In this document: positions 10,651 to 19,747 of the stretch, one piece after another
Layout of the letters: each line of letters opens with the position of its first letter
Numbering within the stretch: the first letter of the stretch is position 1
NCBI GenBank assembly: GCA_900316015.1
Contig: ONBG01000003.1
Span: 54,473-118,472, forward strand
Length of the DNA: 64,000 nucleotides
Origin: an uncultured Prevotella sp.
Lineage (GTDB): Bacteria; Bacteroidota; Bacteroidia; Bacteroidales; Bacteroidaceae
Direction: 5' to 3'
Made by a program: the position numbers and the translations under genes
Notes under the pieces: model-generated
Database searches by the model: none
Seen by the model: the letters and a program-made list of their open reading frames with translations, nothing else
Told to the model about the DNA's origin: nothing

Positions 10651-12129
10651 ATGAAAAAGTATTCTCAGTATCTGCTTGCAGGTTTGTGCGTTGTTTCGAT
10701 AGCATTTTCTGCAGGTGCTTTTATGAAAGTTCAAGCTGCTACAGAAGCTGCACCCGTTGTCACACAACCCGTTGACTTAACGTACGCAGCAGAGAAAGCT
10801 GTACCAGCTGTTGTACATATCAAATATGTACGGAATTCAAAAACTCAAACTGTGGATGTCCAGGGCGATGACTTCTTTACTGATCCATTCAGTTTCTTCT
10901 TTGGTAATCCTAATTCTGGGAATGGTGGCACACAGAAGAGAAGGATACAAACTCCTAAGCAAGAGGCGACGGGATCCGGTGTCATTATCTCCTCCGACGG
11001 CTACATTGTAACGAACAACCATGTTGTGGACGGTGCTGACGAATTGACAGTCACCCTGAATGACAATCGGGAATTCTCTGCCCGTATCATTGGTACAGAT
11101 AAGGCCACAGACCTCGCCCTGATCAAGGTTAATGCCAATAACCTCCCAACCCTCCCTATCGGAGATTCTGATAAATTGAAGATCGGAGAATGGGTCATCG
11201 CTGTAGGTAATCCATTCAACTTAAATTCTACCGTTACGGCAGGAATCGTCAGTGCCAAAGCACGTGGACTTGGGGGCGGTAGCGAGAATGGACCAGACAT
11301 TTCAAGTTTTATCCAGACTGATGCTGCCATCAACCCTGGCAATTCCGGGGGCGCATTAGTGAACACAAGAGGAGAATTAGTGGGTATCAATGCCATGCTC
11401 TACTCTCAAACAGGTTCTTTCAGCGGATATGGTTTTGCCATTCCTACCTCTATCATGAATAAGGTCGTATCCGACCTGAAGCAGTATGGTACAGTGCAAC
11501 GTGCATATCTAGGTATACGAGGAATGGACGTGCACAATTATATTGACTTACAAAAAGAACAAGACAAGACTGTTCCTGATTTCGGCACAAACGAGGGAGT
11601 CTATGTTGACCAGGTAACAGATAATGGTGCAGCAAAGGCTGCCGGCGTACAAAAGGGCGATGTCATTGTTGGTGTTGACGGCAAGACCATCAACAAGATG
11701 TCTGAACTACAACAGTACATGAACAGCAAGAAACCGGGTGATAAGCTGACCGTTACTTATCTTCGTCATAAGGATAAGATCAGCAAGACCGTTACCTTAA
11801 AGAATGCGCAGGGTAATACCAAGATTATCAAGACAGCCGACCTTGATGTTCTTGATGGAACTTTCCGCCCTGTCACTTCTGAAACCAAGAAGAGCTTAGG
11901 TATCAGCTATGGACTTGAAGTCATGAAAGTTGGCAATGGTCCATTAAAGAATGCAGGTATTAGCAAGGGCTTTATCATTCAGGAAATCAACGATATGCCT
12001 ATGAAGAGCGTCAACGACCTGCAGGATGCCGTTAAGAGCGCATCTACATCCAAGGACCAGGTACTCTACTTCAAGGGAATGTGGCCCACAGGAAAGAAAG
12101 GCTACGGAGCCATCCAACTTGACAATTAA
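10651..12129 (+). CDS. degP: HtrA/DegP (Do family) periplasmic serine protease with PDZ domains
   Basis: GSGVIIS..TNNHVV, DLAL, QTDAAINPGNSGG catalytic motifs; two PDZ domains. Confidence 0.97.
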   Translation: MKKYSQYLLAGLCVVSIAFSAGAFMKVQAATEAAPVVTQPVDLTYAAEKAVPAVVHIKYVRNSKTQTVDVQGDDFFTDPFSFFFGNPNSGNGGTQKRRIQTPKQEATGSGVIISSDGYIVTNNHVVDGADELTVTLNDNREFSARIIGTDKATDLALIKVNANNLPTLPIGDSDKLKIGEWVIAVGNPFNLNSTVTAGIVSAKARGLGGGSENGPDISSFIQTDAAINPGNSGGALVNTRGELVGINAMLYSQTGSFSGYGFAIPTSIMNKVVSDLKQYGTVQRAYLGIRGMDVHNYIDLQKEQDKTVPDFGTNEGVYVDQVTDNGAAKAAGVQKGDVIVGVDGKTINKMSELQQYMNSKKPGDKLTVTYLRHKDKISKTVTLKNAQGNTKIIKTADLDVLDGTFRPVTSETKKSLGISYGLEVMKVGNGPLKNAGISKGFIIQEINDMPMKSVNDLQDAVKSASTSKDQVLYFKGMWPTGKKGYGAIQLDN

Positions 12130-12178
12130 TAGGACATAGAGACAAGAAGGAAACTCCCTCTTTTAGCAAAACAAGAAC

Positions 12179-12241
12179 AAACCTCGAAGCAACCGCACCC
12201 AAGCAGTAAATGAACTGACGTGTGGTAACTTCGAGGTTTTT
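12179..12241 (+). terminator. Long imperfect hairpin downstream of degP (probable terminator)
   Basis: 19-bp arms aaacctcgaagcaaccgca / tgtggtaacttcgaggttt followed by a T-run. Confidence 0.45.
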
Positions 12242-12331
12242 CGTTTGAAATAAAGCAAATTATGTGCTAAAAATTTGCAGATGTGGATATAAAACTTTAA
12301 ATTTGCATTTGGCATAAATATGTAACGCTTA

Positions 12332-13195
12332 ATGAGACAACTGAAAATCACAAAATCGATTACTAATCGAGAGAGCGCATCACTCGACAAGTACTTACAG
12401 GAAATAGGTCATGAAGAGCTTATATCCGTTGAAGAAGAAGTAGAATTGGCACAGCGCATCAAGAAAGGTGACCGCAAGGCATTGGAAAAATTGACTAAAG
12501 CCAATTTAAGATTTGTGGTTTCAGTAGCCAAACAATACCAAAACCAAGGATTAAGTCTCCCAGACCTGATCAATGAAGGCAATCTGGGACTGATCAAGGC
12601 AGCGGAGAAATTCGATGAGACAAGGGGCTTCAAATTCATCTCTTATGCTGTATGGTGGATACGCCAGAGTATCCTACAGGCCATTGCAGAGCAAAGTAGA
12701 ATCGTGCGGTTACCCCTAAACCAGGTAGGATCAGTCAACAAGATCAACCGCGTCCTCAATAAATTTGAACAAGAGAATGAACGTCGCCCCAGTGTAGATG
12801 AGATTGCAGACAAAGTAGACTTGCCTGAAGATAAGGTCGTTGACGCACTCAAGGTTAATGGACATCATGTTTCCGTAGATGCACCCTTTGTCGACGGAGA
12901 GGACAATAGCCTCTTAGATGTCATGGCTAACACGGATTCTCCTATGGCAGATAAGGAATTGGTGATGGAATCATTGCGTGATGAAATTTCGAGGGCTCTC
13001 TCCACATTGAATGAGCGTGAACGCAATATCATAGAAGCATTCTTCGGGATCAACCAGCCTGAAATGACATTGGAAGAAATCGGGGATAAATATGGGCTCA
13101 CTCGTGAGCGTGTACGCCAAATAAAAGAAAAGGCGATTCGCCGTCTGCGGCATAACACCAAGAACAAGATGTTAAAGTCATATCTTGGACAATAA
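12332..13195 (+). CDS. rpoD: RNA polymerase sigma factor, RpoD/SigA family (short Bacteroidota type)
   Basis: [65 protein letters not shown]. Confidence 0.97.
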   Translation: MRQLKITKSITNRESASLDKYLQEIGHEELISVEEEVELAQRIKKGDRKALEKLTKANLRFVVSVAKQYQNQGLSLPDLINEGNLGLIKAAEKFDETRGFKFISYAVWWIRQSILQAIAEQSRIVRLPLNQVGSVNKINRVLNKFEQENERRPSVDEIADKVDLPEDKVVDALKVNGHHVSVDAPFVDGEDNSLLDVMANTDSPMADKELVMESLRDEISRALSTLNERERNIIEAFFGINQPEMTLEEIGDKYGLTRERVRQIKEKAIRRLRHNTKNKMLKSYLGQ

Positions 13196-13204
13196 TAAAG
13201 AATT

Positions 13205-13744
13205 ATGAATTTCAAGAAATATATCACAATGTTTGCAGTAACCTTGGCTTTGATAACTGCCACTACAGCATCAGCCAAGAGTAGACCAGCCAAAATCTAT
13301 GCATTTGGCTTCGCTGCATCTTTCAACGATTCCACTGTGTATTTTACGGATATCCAGGAGATTGACTCGGCGTATATAACTACAAAGAATAACTTTCTCG
13401 TCAGTAGGGAAAATTATTCTTACCAGTTACGGGATTATCTTTCAGGGATTGGAGAACAACACCGGACTTGTACAATCACTTATGCCCTTGACCGAAAGAA
13501 GATTGAAAAGAAGTATTTCTCCATGCGGAAGAAATACATATCTAAGGGAACCTTCAACGTGAAGTACCTAAATGCTCCCGATTTCCATTTTAAACCGGTT
13601 ACGGATGTCAATACAGAAGACGAAACGCTGACACCTGTCAAGAAGGTTAAGGATAAAAAAGGAAAGAGGAAACGTGGAGAGATGACTCCACAAGATGGAC
13701 ATGGAAATACACCAGAAGGAAGTGGTCGTCCACCACAAAAATAA
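13205..13744 (+). CDS. Hypothetical secreted protein with Lys/Pro/Gly-rich C-terminal tail
   Basis: Cleavable signal peptide (..ATTASA|K); 179-aa ORF tightly coupled to rpoD and to the downstream kinase-like gene. Confidence 0.75.
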   Translation: MNFKKYITMFAVTLALITATTASAKSRPAKIYAFGFAASFNDSTVYFTDIQEIDSAYITTKNNFLVSRENYSYQLRDYLSGIGEQHRTCTITYALDRKKIEKKYFSMRKKYISKGTFNVKYLNAPDFHFKPVTDVNTEDETLTPVKKVKDKKGKRKRGEMTPQDGHGNTPEGSGRPPQK

Positions 13745-13749
13745 GGGCT

Positions 13750-14637
13750 ATGGAAGAAATTCACTGGTTTAGAATAGCAGAGCACAACGTGAGCATTCTT
13801 TTTAAAGATAACAGTAAAAATAACATGTCGCTGTTACCTTCTTTCGAACCGTTCAGAGCAAATCCTATCTCTGGCGGTTTGTTTTTTTCGCTCACAGTTG
13901 ATGATCAATTGCGTCCCATCCCTAAATCACGAAGAGAGAGAATCCGTGACTTTGACACGGGGAATGGGAATACGATAGTTGACTTACTTGATGATGGCGG
14001 ATATCAATTCATCATTAAGAACATCTCTGGAGGAGACTGTTGCCTACTCATTGCCAACAAAGACTTTACATCATGCACCTGTGCCCTCAACGGCAATGAA
14101 CCCATGCGCAGATTCGGGTTGAATAATGCCCTGATGATGATCTATGCCTTTGCAGGCAGTAAGCAGGACACCTTATTGATCCATGCGTCTGTCGTTAGGT
14201 ACAAAGACAAGGGGTATGCCTTCATCGCAAAAAGTGGTACTGGGAAAAGTACGCAGTCCAGTATGTGGCTAAGGTATATCCCAGGATGCGACCTGATGAA
14301 TGACGACAATCCCATTATCAGGGTATTACGTGGGAAAGCATATATCTACGGAAGTCCATGGAGTGGGAAGACACCCTGCTATCGCAATACGAAATCTGAG
14401 TTGGGAGCAATTGTCAGGATTGACCGTGCCCATGAGAATAGTATAGAGAAACTACAGCCCGTACAGTCCTTTGCCTCCTTCCTACCCTCTTGCTCCTCAA
14501 TGAAATGGGATGAGGACATCTTTGAAAATATCTGCGACATCATCACAAAGGTCGTAGAAACAAATCATTTTTATATTCTTCATTGCTTGCCAAACCGGGA
14601 AGCAGCAGAACTATGTCAGAAAACAGTCGCACCATAA
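13750..14637 (+). CDS. HPr-kinase/PEP-carboxykinase-like P-loop protein (HprK-related kinase)
   Basis: LLIHASVV, Walker A AKSGTGKST, acidic LMNDD motif and GSPWSGK, in the order typical of the HprK/PEPCK fold. Confidence 0.75.
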   Translation: MEEIHWFRIAEHNVSILFKDNSKNNMSLLPSFEPFRANPISGGLFFSLTVDDQLRPIPKSRRERIRDFDTGNGNTIVDLLDDGGYQFIIKNISGGDCCLLIANKDFTSCTCALNGNEPMRRFGLNNALMMIYAFAGSKQDTLLIHASVVRYKDKGYAFIAKSGTGKSTQSSMWLRYIPGCDLMNDDNPIIRVLRGKAYIYGSPWSGKTPCYRNTKSELGAIVRIDRAHENSIEKLQPVQSFASFLPSCSSMKWDEDIFENICDIITKVVETNHFYILHCLPNREAAELCQKTVAP

Positions 14638-15098
14638 ATACCATTCAGGTATCCAACGCGGAGTTCATACCGAAGGTTATAGAACTCCTTGAGGAGGGAC
14701 ATACCGTTACCTTGCCACTCAGAGGATATAGCATGCGCCCCTTTCTTGAGAACAATAGAGATAAAGGTCTTTTGGAAAAGGCAGAACATATTCAAGTAGG
14801 GGATGCGGTTTTAGCTGAGGTCTCTCCGAAGAAATATGTCCTTCACCGGGTCATCCGCATCCAAGAAAACGATATTATCCTTCGGGGAGATGGCAATATA
14901 GGCACTGAGCATTGCCAAATAAAGGATGTAAAAGGCTTGGCAATTGGCTTTTATAGGAAAGGGAGGGGTCATTTAGACCGTACAGACGGCATGAAATGGA
15001 AGGTCTATTCATGGATATGGACGTCACTCTTCCCTATTCGAAGGTACCTATTAGCGTTTTATCGCCGTATATGGCTTAGATTTTTCAAACCAATATAA
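14613..15098 (+). CDS. S24/S26 family signal-peptidase-like serine peptidase
   Basis: LRGYSMRPFL (catalytic Ser box), GDAVL, VLHRV (His general base), RGDGN, and a C-terminal amphipathic/basic segment. Confidence 0.8.
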   Translation: MSENSRTINTIQVSNAEFIPKVIELLEEGHTVTLPLRGYSMRPFLENNRDKGLLEKAEHIQVGDAVLAEVSPKKYVLHRVIRIQENDIILRGDGNIGTEHCQIKDVKGLAIGFYRKGRGHLDRTDGMKWKVYSWIWTSLFPIRRYLLAFYRRIWLRFFKPI

Positions 15099-15100
15099 AT

Positions 15101-15370
15101 ATGAAAACAAAGAAAGGATTCCGCCTTCGTGAGGTCTGTGGGGAACAGATGATTGTAGCAGAAGGCAAAGAAAACATTGATTTTTCAAAGATTATCAGCA
15201 TGAATGAAAGTTCTGCATATCTTTGGAAAGCTGTTGAAGGGAAAGATTTCACGGCTGAAGACCTTGCCGATCTCTTGACTGAGCAATACGAGGTTTCTAA
15301 AGAAAAAGCCTTGGAAGACTCCAAGGCTTTAGTTTCTCAATGGGAAGAAGCGGAAATTATTGAACCGTAA
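15101..15370 (+). CDS. PqqD family protein / RiPP recognition element (RRE)
   Basis: 89 aa: three beta strands (FRLREVCGEQMIVA..IISMNESSAYLW), then helices ending L..L.EQYEVSKEKALED; matches the PqqD winged-helix pattern. Confidence 0.85.
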   Translation: MKTKKGFRLREVCGEQMIVAEGKENIDFSKIISMNESSAYLWKAVEGKDFTAEDLADLLTEQYEVSKEKALEDSKALVSQWEEAEIIEP

Positions 15371-16577
15371 TCTGCAGCGGAGTATGAAGGGCATTGAGGA
15401 ATTCATCAATCCTCAACTGCCATTCCTGCTGTGTTCTAACATCATACGCACTCCAAGCACTTCCAAAATAATAAGTGTATTTCTCCTTGTCCTTCAATCC
15501 TTTAACGACTCCAATGGCATGACCTTCAATGCCATTCTCGGGCTTTGCATACATGAGTTTTCGAGTCTGAGCGCCATTGGGGAACAGAGCTGCCACATAA
15601 ATCTGGAAATTATGGCGATCTGGACCATCTGTTGGATCAGCATACTGGACAAACTCTTTTCCCAAGACAACGCTTTCCTTATCATCAGAATGAATGACAA
15701 CTCCTGAACAGAATGTGGCTGGCTTTGACAATCCCTCATACCAGACTGTCATCTTATTGAAATTAGAGCCTTTGTCCAAACTGATCAGGCGGTGTTCTGT
15801 CACACTGTCATTCCTTACCTTCTCCTTTCCATACACCAAATCAACGGTGAAACGTAAAGGACCATTGTCTAAAATATCATAATCCTTATAACAATAAGGC
15901 AAGATTAGTTTTTCACCATCCATTAAGGCAGGTGTACCACAACCTAAACTCGGGCCGACATTGTAGCAGTCCAGTCCAGTACCATGGTCAAGATGAAAAG
16001 AAGTATTCAAGCTGTATTCCTTTGCCTCTTGCATCTTCCCTTTCTTACGCAATTCCTTGAGGTGAACCCAAGCATAGTCGTTCTTGAGATAACGTTCCCC
16101 GACATCCAAGTCTGGCGTGTTTTTTGTCCAGACATCAATACCGAAAGAACGCTCACCAGTCTTTTGCAATGCCGGGCCATATACGCGATAGGCGCCCCGG
16201 TCATTCTCCCAAGCTATATCATCCTCACGATCAGGATACATCCGACCCTGCACCCATACTTTCATCTGTTTGGGTGTTCCCTTCGTCACGAGGAACTTCA
16301 TCGTCCCAGACGGACGCACAGCAGCATCGATTAGCAACTTCTGATCGTGGGTTATCTGATAGTCAACTTGTTGACCGATAGGATTCTTAACGATGAAGGT
16401 TTCACCCTCTTTCAGTCCTAACTTATCCGTAACAGTCTTCAAATCCACTTCTATCACTTCCTGACGTTGTACCTTTTCTTGGTTCCTAACCATGATTGTG
16501 ACATCACCTGCCCACGCATTCATCTGTGCCATGATCATGGCAACTACTAAATTTAGAGCTTTCCTCATATATTGCAT
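15357..16577 (-). CDS. DUF4861-family exported protein (paralog 1)
   Basis: Signal peptide; DDIAWENDR.AYRVYGPAL, GIDVW.K and DCY.VG.SLGCG motifs. Confidence 0.75.
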   Translation of the reverse strand: MQYMRKALNLVVAMIMAQMNAWAGDVTIMVRNQEKVQRQEVIEVDLKTVTDKLGLKEGETFIVKNPIGQQVDYQITHDQKLLIDAAVRPSGTMKFLVTKGTPKQMKVWVQGRMYPDREDDIAWENDRGAYRVYGPALQKTGERSFGIDVWTKNTPDLDVGERYLKNDYAWVHLKELRKKGKMQEAKEYSLNTSFHLDHGTGLDCYNVGPSLGCGTPALMDGEKLILPYCYKDYDILDNGPLRFTVDLVYGKEKVRNDSVTEHRLISLDKGSNFNKMTVWYEGLSKPATFCSGVVIHSDDKESVVLGKEFVQYADPTDGPDRHNFQIYVAALFPNGAQTRKLMYAKPENGIEGHAIGVVKGLKDKEKYTYYFGSAWSAYDVRTQQEWQLRIDEFLNALHTPLQITVQ

Positions 16578-16591
16578 AACCTATCTTGATA

Positions 16592-18787
16592 TTAAAGATT
16601 CTTTTGGAAGAAATCTGCCACCTGCCTGAGGAGATGGTTTCTTGTGTTTCCTCCATATATTCCGTGATTCCTATTCGTATAATAGTTTTCCTTGAAATCC
16701 TTGTCTGCTTGCACTAAAGCCTCTGCATACTCAAAGGTGTTCTGAGGATGGACATTATCGTCGGCAACTCCGTGACAGATCAGAAGAGCCCCATGCAATT
16801 GACTCGCACGAGTAATGGCATTATCATCATATCCTTCTGGATTCTCCTTTGGCGTACGCATATAACGCTCTGTATAGATACTGTCATAATAGCGATAACT
16901 GGTAGGAGGCGCAATGGCTACGCCACATTTGAAGACTCCACGACCTTCACTCATGCTCATCAGCGTACAGAAGCCTCCGTAACTCCAGCCCCAGATACCG
17001 ATACGATTCTTATCCACATAAGGCAACTTACCCAAATAGAGTGCTGTTTCCACCTGGTCTTTTGCCTCTAAGTTACCTAAGTGGAGATAGGTGCACTTTT
17101 CAAATTCTGCACCACGACCTCCCGTACCCCGGCCATCGACGCAAACAACAATATAGCCTTGTTGGGTCAAATAGTCATCATACGCATAGCCGCCACTCGA
17201 CCCTGCGCCCCATTGGTTCAAGACTTGCTGAGAACCAGGACCACTGTATTGATGCATGATCACGGGATACTTCTTGTTTGGATCAAAGTCTACAGGCTTA
17301 AGCATCCAGCCATCCAGCCTTACCCCTTCAGATGTTGTAAAAGAGAAGGGCACCCTACTTGCGAACCCTGCCTGTGCAATCTTTTTCTTCAATTCAGCAT
17401 TGTCCTCCAGTACTTGCAACTGCTTTCCATCATTGTTACGTAAGGTATATACATAAGGTGTATTATAGTCACTCCACGTATTGACGAAATAACTGTAGTC
17501 GCCAGAGAAAACGGCATGGTTTACACCCTCCCGGTCCGTAAGGCGTTCGATTTTCCCATTCCGATGGGAAACATAGATCTGACGATCATGAGGATTCAAG
17601 GCTGCAGCCTGATAATATACGTCACCATTCTGTTCGTTCATGCCATATACTGCCGTGATATCATAATTGCCCTCACCAATCTTGCGCTGTACTTGACCTG
17701 TCATATTATATAGGTAAAGGTGCATATAGCCATCACGGTCACTGGGCAAAAGAATGCTGTTTTTACCTACGATAATATTGCTGAGAACCTCTTCTTTTAC
17801 ATATTTCGGCACGCTTTCTTTAATCAAAAGCTGTGCGACAGTGCTTCTTGGATTGACCTGATAGATCTTTAATGCATCCTGATGGCGGTTCATGACATAG
17901 ACGAGAATCTTGGCAGGATCAGTCGTCGGAATGATCCTGGGCATATAGCCATCTGCATCCACCGGGACCTGCAATTGACGAGTCTGGTGCGACTTGATAT
18001 CATAACTCCACGCGGAAACTTTCGAATTATCCTCTCCTGCATTCGGATATTTATAGGTATAAAGCCCTGGATAATCAGCATATTCTTTTCGCGCGGGATC
18101 CATCCCCTGAAACATTTGCAGGGAATAGGACTTCACTTTTGACTCATCATATTTTATCCAACAAATCTGAGTGCCATCCGCAGTGAAACAAAGAGCCTTG
18201 TTAAAACTAAATTCTTCTTCATTCACCCAATCTGGTATGCCATTAATGATCTCATTGAACTTACCGTCCTTCGTGACCTGGCTCTCAGCATTGTCATACA
18301 ATAACTTCACCAAATAAATGTTGTTCTCACGAACAAAAGCAATCTGTTGCCCGTCAGGCGACCAGGTAGGAACCTGCTGCGGTCCTCCATCTGACAATCT
18401 CTCTAACTTCCTGCTGGCTATCGTATAGATATAGCAAACCGCAGTAAAGGAACGACGGTAAATCGCTTTCTTCTGTGTAAGGATGATCATGCGTTTCCCA
18501 TCCGGAGAAGGAATGTAACCATCTACCTGGTCGACTTTCTCGCCCATCGTGTTGTTCACATCAAACAAGACCGCAGTTTGCTTGCCAGTTTTAAACGAAT
18601 ACTGCACGATCTTCTTCCCTCCTTCTGTAATCTCAGCATACTGGTCAGTACCCTGAATGGGAATCATGCCCGAAATTCCTTTCGTACGGAACTCACCATT
18701 CACGATCGACTTGATGTCCAGCTTCTGAACTGCCAAGGCAGAGGAAGCCACAAGAAGAGCTGCACACATTGCCAATAATTTGTTCAT
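16592..18787 (-). CDS. dpp4: Dipeptidyl peptidase IV (S9B family)
   Basis: DPPIV N-terminal propeller (GIPDWVNEEEF), GIWGWSYGG nucleophile elbow, DDNV and NHGI triad residues. Start set at MNKLL (18787). Confidence 0.93.
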   Translation of the reverse strand: MNKLLAMCAALLVASSALAVQKLDIKSIVNGEFRTKGISGMIPIQGTDQYAEITEGGKKIVQYSFKTGKQTAVLFDVNNTMGEKVDQVDGYIPSPDGKRMIILTQKKAIYRRSFTAVCYIYTIASRKLERLSDGGPQQVPTWSPDGQQIAFVRENNIYLVKLLYDNAESQVTKDGKFNEIINGIPDWVNEEEFSFNKALCFTADGTQICWIKYDESKVKSYSLQMFQGMDPARKEYADYPGLYTYKYPNAGEDNSKVSAWSYDIKSHQTRQLQVPVDADGYMPRIIPTTDPAKILVYVMNRHQDALKIYQVNPRSTVAQLLIKESVPKYVKEEVLSNIIVGKNSILLPSDRDGYMHLYLYNMTGQVQRKIGEGNYDITAVYGMNEQNGDVYYQAAALNPHDRQIYVSHRNGKIERLTDREGVNHAVFSGDYSYFVNTWSDYNTPYVYTLRNNDGKQLQVLEDNAELKKKIAQAGFASRVPFSFTTSEGVRLDGWMLKPVDFDPNKKYPVIMHQYSGPGSQQVLNQWGAGSSGGYAYDDYLTQQGYIVVCVDGRGTGGRGAEFEKCTYLHLGNLEAKDQVETALYLGKLPYVDKNRIGIWGWSYGGFCTLMSMSEGRGVFKCGVAIAPPTSYRYYDSIYTERYMRTPKENPEGYDDNAITRASQLHGALLICHGVADDNVHPQNTFEYAEALVQADKDFKENYYTNRNHGIYGGNTRNHLLRQVADFFQKNL

Positions 18788-18853
18788 AATCTTAGTCTTT
18801 TTCTTGATAACGATGTGCAAAGATAAATAAAAAACCGTACTTTTGCAAAAGAA

Positions 18854-19741
18854 ATGGAACATTATTATAATGACTTTGGCTCCTGGATTCGAAGAATGTT
18901 TCCCTATCGGGTACAAAAAATCTCCATCGATGCCGGATTCTCCTGCCCTAACCGTGATGGAAGAATCGGAAGGGGGGGCTGTACGTATTGCAATAACAGG
19001 AGTTTCAACCCTGTTTATTGTGATCGGAAGAAATCAGTTACAGCACAACTGATAGAGGGAAAGCAATTCTTTTCGCATAAGTATCCAGACATGAAATACC
19101 TGGCTTATTTCCAGGCATTCACCAATACATACAAGCCCATCGATGAATTAAAAGCATTATATGAAGAAGCTTTAGAGGTTGAGGATGTCGTAGGAATTGT
19201 CATTGGAACACGCCCTGACTGCGTCAATGAGGAAATACTGGATTACCTGGAAGGACTAAGTCATCGCACTTTCGTGATGGTTGAATATGGCATAGAAAGT
19301 GCGAATGACGAAACCTTGCGACGTATCAACCGTGGGCATAACTTTGCATGTAGTCGGAAAGCTGTGGAAGCCACTCATCGGCGAGGGATCATTACCGGAG
19401 GGCACATCATCCTCGGATTGCCCGGGGAAGATGCTGAGGAGAGTCTCCGGCAAGCTCCTATCATCTCTTCCCTTCCACTTGATGTCTTGAAAATCCATCA
19501 GATGCAGATCATCCGGGGTACCGAACTTGCCAGAGAATATGCCTTGCATCCCTTCCATGTATATAGTGTAGATGAATACATAGATCTAATTATCAAGTAT
19601 ATCCATCTTCTTCGGAAGGATTTAGTACTCGAGCGCTTTGTCAGCCAGTCACCTGCCGAGATGCTCATTGCTCCCAAATGGGGTCTCAAAAACTATGAGT
19701 TCACCCATCTTCTTCTCAAAAAGATGAGAGAAGAACCATGA
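18854..19741 (+). CDS. YhcC/TIGR01212-type radical SAM protein
   Basis: DAGFSCPNRDG..GGCTYC extended Cys motif, YFQAFTNTY, IGTRPDC, EYGIES, HIILGLPGE, KIHQ. Confidence 0.9.
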   Translation: MEHYYNDFGSWIRRMFPYRVQKISIDAGFSCPNRDGRIGRGGCTYCNNRSFNPVYCDRKKSVTAQLIEGKQFFSHKYPDMKYLAYFQAFTNTYKPIDELKALYEEALEVEDVVGIVIGTRPDCVNEEILDYLEGLSHRTFVMVEYGIESANDETLRRINRGHNFACSRKAVEATHRRGIITGGHIILGLPGEDAEESLRQAPIISSLPLDVLKIHQMQIIRGTELAREYALHPFHVYSVDEYIDLIIKYIHLLRKDLVLERFVSQSPAEMLIAPKWGLKNYEFTHLLLKKMREEP

Positions 19742-19747
19742 TACAGT

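Noticed and set aside
18854-19741. Radical SAM as the maturase of the RRE cassette
   Set aside because: It is 3.5 kb away, separated by two opposite-strand genes, lacks SPASM cysteines and belongs to a widespread stand-alone family.
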